This document shows, in pieces, positions 24,401 to 36,400 of a DNA stretch of 64,000 nt; position 1 is the first letter of the stretch; the number at the start of each line of letters is the position of its first letter. Origin of the DNA: Dendrobates tinctorius. Lineage: Eukaryota. Below the pieces are notes generated by a model, which made no database searches, was not told the origin of the DNA, and worked only from the letters and a program-made list of their open reading frames with translations. A program made the position numbers and the translations under genes. The stretch covers positions 28,458,001-28,522,000 of the forward strand of contig NW_027361717.1 of the NCBI RefSeq assembly GCF_039654945.1, read 5' to 3'.

Positions 24401-27400
24401 ACTGGGTATGTGTTTTGTAAATGTGTGCAGGCTAGTCCAAGTGGCTGCCTTACACACTTGATGTGCCGAGGCTTGATGCCGAATGGCCCAAGAGGCCCCT
24501 ACCGCCCGCGTAGAGTGTGCCGTGATACCGGCCTGAAGGGGAGAACTGTTGAGGCGGTAAGCCTCTTGAATGGTGGACTTGATCCACCTAGCAAGGGTGG
24601 TTTTGGAAGCCGGTAGGCCCTTGCGAACGCCTTCTGGAAGAAGGAAAAGTGAATCAGACTTCCGGAAGGGAGCAGTCCTAGACACGTAAATACGCAATGC
24701 CCTGACAAGGTCAAGCGTATGCAGAGCCTTCTCTACCCTATGAACGGGAGCCGGGCAAAGAGACGGTAGTGATATTTCCTCATTGAGGTGGAAGCTAGAC
24801 ACGACCTTCGGAAGGAAGGATGGTACTGTACGGAAAACCACCTTGTCCTGATGAAAAACCAGGAAGGGTTGTCTGCAGGACAGAGCTGAAAGTTCAGACA
24901 CCCTGCGTAGCGAGGTGATTGCCACCAGGAAAACCACTTTCTGTGATAGAAAGCGGCGTGAGACCTCCTTAAGGGGTTCAAAAGGAGGTGACTGTAGTGC
25001 TGTCAAGACCAGGTTGAGGTCCCACGTCTCCAACGGACGTTTGTAGGGGGGAACCAATCGGGAAACCCCTTGGAGAAAAGTCTTCACTTGCGGCTTGTTA
25101 GCAATACGCCTCTGAAAGAGCACTGAAAGCGCTGACACCTGGCTCTTCAGCGAGCCCAGGGATAGCCTGGCGTCCAGGCCTGACTGAAGGAAACCGAGGA
25201 CCTTTGGATGAGAATAGGGAAGTGGAATCTGCCCACGAGAGTCGCACCATGTGAAGAAAACCTTCCAGGTACGATAGTAAATCCTGGCTGAAGTTGGCTT
25301 TCGAGCCCTGATCATGGTTTTAACAACGTCTGGTGAAAAACCTGCTTGGGTCAAAACCCAGGTCTCAATTGCCACGCCGTCAAATTGAGAGCCCCTGAGT
25401 TCTAGTGGAAGAATGGGCCTTGTGACAGGAGGTCGGGACGTGTGGGGAGACGCCAGGGAGCGTCTGCTGTGAGTTGCACGACGTCGGCGTACCATGTACG
25501 CCTGGGCCAGTCTGGAGCGATCAGAATGGTGGGAACACCCTCTTGTTTGATCTTCCTCAGGACTCTGGAGATCAGGGGGAGGGGTGGAAAAATGTACAGA
25601 AGCTGGAACTGGGTCCAGTCCTGAACCAGGGCATCTGCTCCGAGCGACCGCGGATCGCGCGGCCTGGCCATGAAATTGGGAACCTTGGCATGGAGATGGG
25701 ATGCCATCAGATCCACGTCCGGGGTCCCCCAACGATGACAGATCTGACAGAAGACTTCGGGATGGAGAGACCATTCCCCTGAGTCCATTCCTTGTCGGCT
25801 GAGATAGTCAGCTTCCCAGTTGTCCACACCCGGAATGTGGACAGCGGAGAGTACCGACCTTGCAGCCTCCGCCCATTGTAGGATACGCGTTACTTCGGTC
25901 ATCGCCTGGATGCTGCGGGTGCCGCCTTGATGGTTCACGTATGCCACTGCCGTGGCATTGTCAGACTGTACTCTGATATGAGAGTCTGCCAGCAAGTGAT
26001 GGAAGGCTTTCAACGCCAGGAAGATGGCCCGAATTTCCAGGATGTTGATGGGCATGGTCGATTCCCTTGGTGACCACCTGCCTTGCGCTCTGTGATGTAG
26101 GTGCACCGCGCCCCAACCCATAAGGCTTGCGTCGGTGGTCAACACCTTCCATTGACCGGAGAGAAAGGATTTTCCCCTTGCAAGCGAGGTTGGCTTGAGC
26201 CACCAGTGCAGGGACCTCCTGGTGTTTGCTGATAACCGGAACTCCCTGTCGAGGGAGAACGGATTCCTGTCCCAGGACTTGAGGATGGCCAGTTGAAGGG
26301 GTCTGAGGTGAAGCTGGGCAAATGGTACCGCCTACATTGCTGCTGCCATCCTGCCAAGTACTCTCATGGCATACCGGAGAGATCTGGGGGGACTTGCGGA
26401 GGAGTGTGTGAACTCCCAGACGGAGAGCCAGTGCCTTGTCCCTGGGGAGGATCACCAGACCCTTGGAGGTGTCGAATAGCATCCCCAGGAAGGTCAGAGA
26501 CTGACTCGGGGTAGTCGAGGACTTCTGTGAATTGACTAACCATCCCAGGCGCGTCAGTGTCGATCGTGATCGAGACGTTGACCTCGCAGTCCTTGAGGGT
26601 GGGGCCCTTGATGAGAAGGTCGTCCAGGTATGGAACGACTACTATGCCTCTGGAGTGCAGAACGTCCATGGTAGCCGCCATGACCTTTGTAAATGTTCTG
26701 GGAGCCGTGGCGAGACCGAACGGGAGGGCCACAAACTGGTAATGGTCTTGGTTGATTGCGAATCTGAGAAACCTCTGATGGGCGGGAGCAATCGGTATAT
26801 GCAGGTATGCGTCCTGTATGTCTATGGAGGCAAGATATTCTCCTTTTTCCATAGACGCAACGATTGACCGGAGGGATTCCATGCGGAAGTGACGAACTCG
26901 AACGTACTTGTTGAGTTGCTTGAGGTCTAGTATGGGTCGGACGCTGCCTCCCTTCTTGGGCACCACAAAGAGGTTGGAATAGAACCCTCGGAAGCGCTCT
27001 TCTGCTGGGACTGGCACTATGACTCCTGCTCGCAGGAGGGAAGAAACCGCTTGACGGAAGGCCTGAGCTTTGAGCGGGGATTTTGGAGGGACAGAGGGAA
27101 AAAACCTGTGCGGTGGGCTGGTAGTAAACTCGATTTTGTATCCTGAAGACACTATTTCCTTGACCCACTTGTCTTCTGTAATAGGCAGCCAGACCTGCTG
27201 AAAGAGTAGCAGTCGTCCGCCTACAAGTGGGGTGTCTTCCAGAGGGGCATGAGTCAGGATGAGGGAAAAGTCTGAGGTTTTCCTCCTTTAGGTTTTGCCT
27301 GGCTTGCCTTTGATTGCCAGTCCTGTCCGGCCTCTGTGCCGCACGTGTGTTGTCCCTGCGGGGGGAACGATTACAGTTTTGTGCTGGGCGTGAGACGGAC

Positions 27401-30400
27401 CAGCCTGAAGATTTCCGAAAGGATCGGAAACGAGATTGATTACGCCTTTTAAACGTGCATTTTGGTCTTAGTTGAGGGAGGGAAGTACTTTTGCCCCCGG
27501 TAGCATTGGATATCATTGTATCCAGCTTTTCACCGAAAAGACGGCCACTGAAGTACGGGAGATTTGTTAGGGACTTTGAGGCCGCATCCGCTTTCCATTC
27601 TCTTATCCAGAGAATACGCCGGATTGTGATGGCGTTTGATGCTATTCCCGCTATTCCTCTTGCAGAGTCCAACGCTGCATGGACCATGTAATCTGCCACC
27701 ACTGCAATTTGCACCGCCTGGTCCGCCAGCTGAGGATTTGAAGCTTGAAGGCCCTTTTGCAATAGATCAGCCCAAGCCATGATGGCCTTGGATGCCCAAA
27801 CTGAAGCAAATGCGGGAGCCAAAGAGGCACCTGCCGCTTCAAAGATTGAACGAGCCATGCGTTCGACTTGTCTGTCTGCTGTGTCCTTGAGGGTTGAACT
27901 GTCCGGCAGCGAGAGGAGCGTTTGTGCCGCCAGCCTAGAGACTGGATGGTCCACTTCAGGCGGATCTGTCCAATCCTTGGTGTCTTTCTGTGGAAAGGGG
28001 TATTTTGCTTCCAAATACTTGCGATTCGCGAATTTTTTCTCAGGCTGCGAAAAATGCTTAGAAAGGATTTTTTGAAATTCCGGGTGATTAGGGAAGACCT
28101 TCAATGGTTTCTGAACACTTTCAAAGGAAATCTTGTGTTCTGGTGCTTCCGGGGTTGGATCTGAAATGTCCAGCACCCGAAGGATGGAAGAGACGATATC
28201 CTCAACTATCGCAGTATTGCTAGGGGGACAAGGGAGCAAAGCGTTCTCTGTTTCGTTATCTGAATTGGAGTCACATATGCCCTCTGAGTCCTGCGCATCG
28301 CTAAGGAGCTCCCTAGCGGGCGAACTAGAGCGGAGGTTTCCCGTGGTCTGGGATCGTTGTGGAGATCCGCATTGTCCTTCTCTATCAGGGGACGGCCTCG
28401 GTGACCTGAGGCCTATTGCTATGTGAGGACGCAGATGAACGCGACCTGTGGGTTCGCTTACGCCTTGAACTGTCGGAAGCGCCCTGATCATGAGACCGGA
28501 CGTCCCTTTGCTGGGTAACGTTCATAGCCGAGACATGACCCTGCAGAGCCTGCAGTAATGTGGAGGTCAGGTTATCTATAGACTGTGTCATAGACTGCGA
28601 CATCTGAGTCGCCCATTGGGGTTCTGATCCTGTTTTTTGGGTACAATCCCGGCAGTGCGGGTACGTGCTGCCGCTGGGGAGAGTGGCCTTGCAGGCTGTG
28701 CAGACTGCATAAAAGCAGTCTTGCCTGGTTCTTTTCCTTGAGCCCGACATAGTACCTAGGCTGATTAGTGGAGGCCCTACAGGAGTATCTACGCAGAGGA
28801 AAGGAGTAGGAGAGCGCTATAGGGTATAGGAATTCACAGCTGAGTACCAAGGACCCAGCTGTGATCTTACCCCACCGGTGCTCCCCCTTAGGTCCAGCGC
28901 TGATAAGTCCCACGTCCTGTGCCCCCCGGAGACTCTGTGCTGCCTTCCTCCAGGTGCAGCAAGATGGCCACCGGATTCTGAGGTGGAGAGGGAAGGGGGC
29001 GGAGAGCTGGAAAAGGGCGCGCTTTTACATGTAAAAGCGCGCCCCTCCTGCCTCGATCCGCCCCTTCTATGACACTGCAGTGTCATTTTAGTCATCCGGG
29101 GGGGCGGGCCGGGGGGTTGGCGGCGACTTTGGCTAGGCCGAAGCCGCGGCCTAAATTTGAGGTCTCCTGCCCAGCAGGGCTCCAGGACGGCGCGGTCGTC
29201 CGCGGGGGGGGGGCGGATTTAAACCAGACCCCCCCAGAATGAAAGGAGGGCTGGCGGTGGGGCCATATATGCGCCATTGCTGCAGAGACCGGGGCGCAGG
29301 GAGCCCAGTCTCTGATAAGTGTTGTGCCTCGCTGCACCTCCCCCGGTCCCAAAAGGAGCCCACAGGTGGACTGGGGTCCCTGGTGCCTGGTACAGGCCCT
29401 ACCTGCGGTGTCTCAACCTAATACCCCCAGAGGGGGATTAGGGAGGGTGCTGCTATCACCGTCAGGGGCTTCATCGTCGCCTCAACCTCGACCCAGAGCC
29501 GGACGGAACTGAGGAAGGAGGGGGGTCTCGACCTCGAACCAGTACCCGAGGGACTGGTGAGGGAGCGACATGGGGAATAGCCACCTTGACCTCAACCGGG
29601 TACCCCTAGTAGGGGACCGAGGAGGGAGCCATGCCGGGAGTCTCGCTGGAGACCCTCTTTTCTTCATCTGTAGTCCTTTGGAAAAAAATCCAGGAAAAAA
29701 GACGGAGTAAAAAAAAAAATCTTAGGTGTGCCTCCTGCGACACTAAGCAAAAACTGGAGAAGGCTGACGCCGTCCAGGGGTGTATACTGCAGAGGAGGAG
29801 CCAAAGTTAATCTTTTTCAGATTATGCATAGTGTCGCCTCCTAGTGGACAGCAGCATAACACCCACGGTTCTGTGTCCCCCAATAAGGCGACAGAGTAAA
29901 CCCAGTGAACTGCACAGCTCAGGATACAGCAGTGCACAGCTCCTGCCTGAGCGAGTGCACAGGGCGGACTACTGATTCAATAGTAATCATAAGCTTTTAC
30001 AGGGTATTTTTGAGCAATCATGGCAGCTAAGGACCTGGATTCCCACCAATTTTCTTGCAATAGGACAATATGAAAAAATTAAATCAAAGGTTTGGTTACT
30101 CCTTATTCACGAACATAGTTTAAAAAGAAAGGATTTAGAAATTTAGTATTGCTGGAATCATGCGAACCTGAAGAATCATGTTGCCAGATCAATTTTATTG
30201 CACAATTAACCACGTAAAAATGAACCCCCCCCCAAAAAAAAAAAAATAGCAGAAATGCTAGAGATTTTTTGCTTTTTTTTTTTTTCGCAATTAATAAATG
30301 GCTGGTCCTGGAGGGGCTAAAATGGTTATCCAGTTCTTAAATGTTGGTGGCATAGTCTTAGAGAGGCCAATTGTGAGGGTCCTCCAGGATGTTTGAAGGT

Positions 30401-33400
30401 GCCATATCACTTCAGACCTAGACTACGAACCCCATTCCAACATTGTCTAGTGTACAAAGAACATATTGTACTGAGCCCTAGATGTGGACAGTTACCTGAA
30501 ATACCTCCAATAGAGAGTTGAGAATCATGATCAAGCCATATGATTTCCAAAGCCTTGAAGTCTGCTGGCAAAATATCCATAGACGATGAGACCTCACTGG
30601 TACTCAGGATAACTTGATTGGACAGGATAACAACAGTCACGGTATGCCAAGCTTTAAGACATACACCAGGGGGGAACTTCAATGAATGTGCCAATTTTCC
30701 CAGTAAAGAAACTTCCAGAACCTGAACACAATTAAATAATATAATATATAGATAACATACAGGCTCTAGAATAAATACTATTATAACATTAATGATTGTT
30801 ACCCGCTTTTCCAGATCCAAAGTTATTGTCAGTGCAGAAACATTGCCTGCTCCGGACAGTCCGAGAAGGACCCCGCCATCTTCTAGTACCCGGAAGGAGA
30901 TCTGGAGGGTCAGTTTCCAGGAGTCTTTGTGCTTTGTTGGAAAAACTAAAATCAATAAAGATATTAAAGGGGTATTCCAACAATAGATATTCATTGCAAG
31001 GCCGGGGTCACACTTGCAAGAAACTCGCACGAGTTTCGAGTCTCAATACCCGACATTCCGCCGGCACTCGGACCGGATCGCTCAGCTGCATAGAAAAACA
31101 TACAGCCGCACATTCCGGTCCTGAGTACCGGCGGCAGTGCCGGGTATTGAGACGTGAGACTCGTGCGAGTTTCTCGCAAGTGTGACACCGGCCTAAAGGA
31201 GAGGAGATAAGTAGGATGGACCTAGTATGGCACTTGTTACTATACTAGCCTCCATAGTTGCAGCTGTGAAAGAGCTCTTTTGGAACCATGTTCTAAAGAG
31301 CAATCTAGCCAAATAGACTTTTATGATATAACCAATGGATACTTAAAAATGTTTGACTTAATATGAAATAAAAATCTCTGCCTGCTAATAATGGTTAAAG
31401 AGATTATCTCATGTAAGCACCCCCTGTCTGTAGGCCCTTATAGGGCAAATGGATGTCAGGGAGATGATCTCTTTCTCAGGATCAGCAACCTGGCTGAACA
31501 AGACTTTCATTGGTAAATAAGCTTTAGGGTAGATGCACATGACCGCTTTCTCTCCATCCATGAAAAACAATGATTGTGCTGGTCAGACTCTAATCAGAGT
31601 TTGATTAGTGGGATCAGTTTTTTCTCAGAGGTGAAGAGAAAAAAAAAACATCTCCAACTTCTCCATTATGTCATCAGAGTGAGGTCCAATGTTTTCCAAG
31701 GACCCACCCATGTTTTGATTTGCAGGATCAAATCAAAATCAGACCTGGCACCGACTGATCCCAGGAAAAAAACTGGACTTGTGCACAGCCCCATATAATA
31801 ACATGGGTACGAGCACTATCTGTGAAAGCCATAGATAGCACTCGTCCAATATAATCGGTCATGTGAACGAGGATAATGGGGAAACTCCAAATGTAAATTC
31901 TTTAAAGGAGTTGTTCACCTTTGGAGACTTTTTTTTTTTTTTTTACTAACTAGTATATTTAGGACTTAATTATTGTTTTTGCAATTGGGTTTAATTACAA
32001 ATTTTGCACTATTTGCTTTTTATACCCTTTGTGTTGCAATGGCTATTACTGCGTGCAGAAAGAGTTAGCCTAAAATTGGGTAGAGAGCTGATTCTGACAC
32101 GAGAGTTAGTAACTCTGTTATTAGTCTTTTTCTGAGCTCCTTTCAGCTGAGTTATGACCACAGAAAACATGAAGGTAGAACGTGCAGGGAAACAAAGCCT
32201 GTAAAAACCGAACAACGTGAAATGACATTTTTAGTGAAATCCAATTACAAAAATTATTTTTATGATCACATAGATGCAAATATGAAAAATGTCCCCAAAA
32301 GGTAGACCACCCCTTTAAATATGTGTATAAGAGGACAACTCACGAGCAGGTTTGAAGGTAACATAGCCATGAGCAGGAAAGAAAGCTCCAGGTTCCTCAT
32401 TTTGAAAGCAGCGCCGGTTCTCGTCCGTCTCCATTGCATTGTCCAGGCTTTCTGTATTTTTTTTCACCCAGGCCCAGTTACGTAAACACCCGTCCAAAGC
32501 AGGAACCAGCTAGATAGAGGGAGCACATGGTGCCTTCAGCAAGGCCACATTCACACATTCAGTATTTTATGTCAGTATTTGTAAGCCAAAACCAGGAGTG
32601 GTGATAAATACTATGTTCATTCTTTTTCTTTATTCCTTTTCTTCATTCTTTTTAGTACATCCCCTCTTGTAAAGCAATATATTAATATATGTCCACACTG
32701 TGACATCCGCCGGCAATACAATTTCATCTCAATATCAAATATTCGTCACTTTTTATGTGCGTTGCATTATTGGGACTGTGCGGCCATTTTCTGGCTTCAG
32801 GGTTTGGTCACATGATTAGCACACACTATATAACTTATCTGGGGGGAACGGTTTTCTCACTAGCATTAGACCACATTCACACATTCAGAATTTTACCTCA
32901 GTATTGGGTCTGTATTTTACCTCAGTATTTGATGAGTTTTTTACCTCAGTATGTGTAAGCCAAAACCAGGAGTGGGTGATAAATACAGAAGTGGTGACGT
33001 GTCTCTATTATACTTTTCCTCTGATTGTACCTCTGATTGGCTTACAAATACTGGTGGAAAGTACTGATTACATACTGAACGTGTGAACGTGGCCTTATAC
33101 CCCTCTAGAGTAATGTATTATTACCAATAAGTAGGTTGTACGTCATTGGTTAATATGGATTTCTGTACATTTTATAGCTTAATCTGTTAGTTATGGAACG
33201 TCATTCTCTGTGCCACATAATGACATAGTACCGGCCTGAGAAGCTGCACATCACTGTTTGCAGGAAGGTCACCCAAGATGATGATAAGTGAGGAGGAGAC
33301 CCGAGGCATCAGCTCATTGTTCACCTGGAACGTCAACATCACCACAACCTCTCCATTCACTTTCACATCAATAGTGTCAATGGTACTGTCCACCGTCACC

Positions 33401-36400
33401 TGCAAGACAACACAAAAAGCAATGGAGGCATTCCTGACAAGCACCCTAACAGGTCCGCTGCTATAGTGTGATATATTATTTTAACACTTAGAGAGGCATT
33501 CTCAAGTTTGGAAGTTATCTCCTATCCAGCAGATAGGGGAAAACTTTCTGATGGTGGGGGTCTGACCGCTGATCCTGAGAACCAGACAGTCATTTGCAAT
33601 TCATACTTATGGAAGCGCCAGAAACCGACCGAGCACAACAATCGTCAATCTCTGGCAGTCCTAATGAATGAGTATGAATGGAGTGGCAGTGCCCATGATC
33701 AAGTTCAGCCCCACTCACGTTGGTCTCTTCAAAACTCTGGTTTTTGCGATGGATGGGTGTCCAGAAGTCATCCCCTACCCAATAGATAGGGGATAACTTC
33801 CAAACTTGAGAATACCTCTTTGAGATCTCAACAATATGGTTCACTTGTTACATACTATTATAACCATATGCTTTATAATACATTATATACACAGGGTCAA
33901 CATAGACACTTATGAGTGCCATCGCAGATCCTAAGCTGCACTTCATCTTACCTTCCTCCATTGTCCATCGCTCATATCTGGCCCCCACTTGGAGAGAACC
34001 ATTTGTCCATTTCCATTACTCATCTGTACTTCCAGACGACGATCTCGGACTCCAAGTACAAACCAATTATCTTGTCCAACATCTCCATAAAAGATGATGC
34101 CTTCTGGATCAAAGGTCCGGAAATCAAAGGAGGAGAGGTTACTGTGGAGGATAGGACAGGTGAGACATTATGGGGACCAGAATTGCATTAACATCTATAT
34201 ACAAAAATACAGCTACCTGTCTATTACCTCATAGTCACGAGTCAAGAAAATTGGAAGGAATACTGCCGAGGTAAGGAAGGCTGAAATCCAACCACCACTG
34301 AACAAAACATAGTTTAACATTTTTGGGTTGAAGAGGGACTCAAAATCAACTCCCAAACGTACTGCCAGTTTTTAGAAGACACTTTCTCCAATCAGTGGTA
34401 CAGGAAATAGTCTGCGTCTTTCAAGAAAACCATGATTATATGCAGAACAATCCTCCATCGCAGCATTGAAGTATCCACTGCTTGGCTGCAAGTAAAGGCC
34501 CTAAAGTGGATTTCCAGGACTTAAAAAAAAAAAAAAAAAAGGCATGTAGTTGCTAACAGAGGCAACTGCCTGTCATTGACCACTCTTGCCAGAGATTCAG
34601 CTACTCCCTGTCAACAGAGCAGCGGTTGCTCTTCATGTTGACAGACCAGCACTACTCGTGTCATGCTGATTGACAGCCGGCTTCCTCCAATTAGGCAGCA
34701 GAGAGATGACTGTCAATCAGCATGACACCAATAGTCCAGGCTTGTCAACAGAAAAAGAAACTGCTGCTCTGTTGACAGGGAGTAGCTGAATATCTTGCAG
34801 GAGCGGTCAATGACCCGTGCTGGGTACAACAGACAGGTAAGTTGCCTTTGTTAGTACCTAAAGGCTTCTTTTTTTTAAGTGCCAGATATCCCCTTTAAAG
34901 ATGACAGACTATTGACATGGCCCCTTCCTCACCAGTCCTAAGCCCTATTAAGAACTTGTAGGAGATTTACACTGGGAGATTTACGGTGAAGAAGAACAGT
35001 CACCTCTCTGATCGGTGTCTGGGAGGCTGTGGTTGGTGCTGCCCAAAGTTGATAGTCAACAGATAAAAAAAAAACAGACTACATGGATGGAGTTTATGAC
35101 TGTTATAGAAAAGAAGGGTGGCTATATTGGCTATTGATATATATATATATTTTTTAAATCTCAGTATTTTTGTACATTTTGAGTTGTTTGCTGATTATTC
35201 TCACTTTGATGAAATTTGAATGAAGATGGAAACATTTACTATTTTCATTTAGCTGCATAAAAATTCTGCAGAGATATTCTCCTAAGATAGACAAATCCTC
35301 ACTTTTACTTTCTTAAAAATTCAGGTTTATTAACTTTTTGGATTGGACAACAGCTTTGTAGTTGCTCAATAATAACATGATTCATAAAAAATACAAATTG
35401 CCTAATAATTCTGCACACAGTGGACATTATAATGCTCTTGGATTAGGTGGCAAAAACCTGGTTACAGATTCCCTTTAATTCATAGAAATCCTCATATGGC
35501 CAGTTCTTATAAGCAATATTCCTGATGGAAGTCTATCTACATAGCAGCCATTGGATCGCAAAAATACATGAGATGGGTAATACCTTGTCAAATCGGAAAG
35601 TTGGAATTCCAGGTGCAGAACACTCTGCGGATTCCCATTACCTATGTACAGACTCTCTGAGGATCTCACCGGCTTCTCAACAGAACAAGACACCTGGAAA
35701 AATACTCAAATATAACTTCAAAACTTTAATCGGTATGTCTCAGTCCAATGGCAACCCCCAGAAAATCAGGTGGGAAAAATATCCTTACAAATGAAGCAGA
35801 ACTGAGAGCATTACAACATTCCCTAAAATGTTACAACATGAAGTCTGATAGATGTGTGTCCCATATCTGGAACATGCACCAATGGTCGAGAACAGGAAAA
35901 ACCTGCAGGAAAAAACCCACATACGTTTGTTGCGGAAACACACTATAAACATACGTAATCTGCACCAGACTGTATCAATAAAGTTTTGTAAAAGCAAGAT
36001 ACCAAAAAGTATCAAAATCAAAGCAACTTTATTTAAAGTAGCGCTCCCGCTAACTTTTTTTTATTCATTAAATGTGAGTGTACAGGTATGCTATGCAGTG
36101 TGAGTGTATTAGTATAGTTACCGCCAAATTCTCCGGTGTCCAGCGACGTTCTCAGAGGTTACTGCAATTCTGACTAGCTGCCTCATTCTATACACTATAC
36201 AGGAGCCAGAAGTCGCTGTAAGGCCGGGGTCATGATAACACAGGCCCCACTCTCATACATAAGAAAAAAGGACACCGAGTTCTAAGTTTGGCATAAAATG
36301 GCTGTGGCGTTTATTTTGAGTTACTCAACAACCAATTTTATTTAATCATAACCCTTAAAAACCATTAAATATCTCCATCACTGAATAAAATTATTACTCT

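Larger units (their letters stand above)
23866..29900 (-). mobile_element. Full-length DIRS-type tyrosine-recombinase retrotransposon in intron 7 of the SHBG-like gene
   Basis: ITRs 23917-24051 vs ~29750-29884 (one mismatch seen). TTT at both termini. ICR at ~24185-24283 is complementary to both ends. gag, RT, RNase H, MT and YR ORFs are present. Confidence 0.95.

Noticed and set aside
30407-33444. First impression of a cadherin-like gene from Val/Thr/Asp-rich exons
   Set aside because: Splicing all the exons gives laminin-G motifs (FRTFDPEG, LDGC, HSCP) and no cadherin DxD/LDRE/DxNDN motifs.
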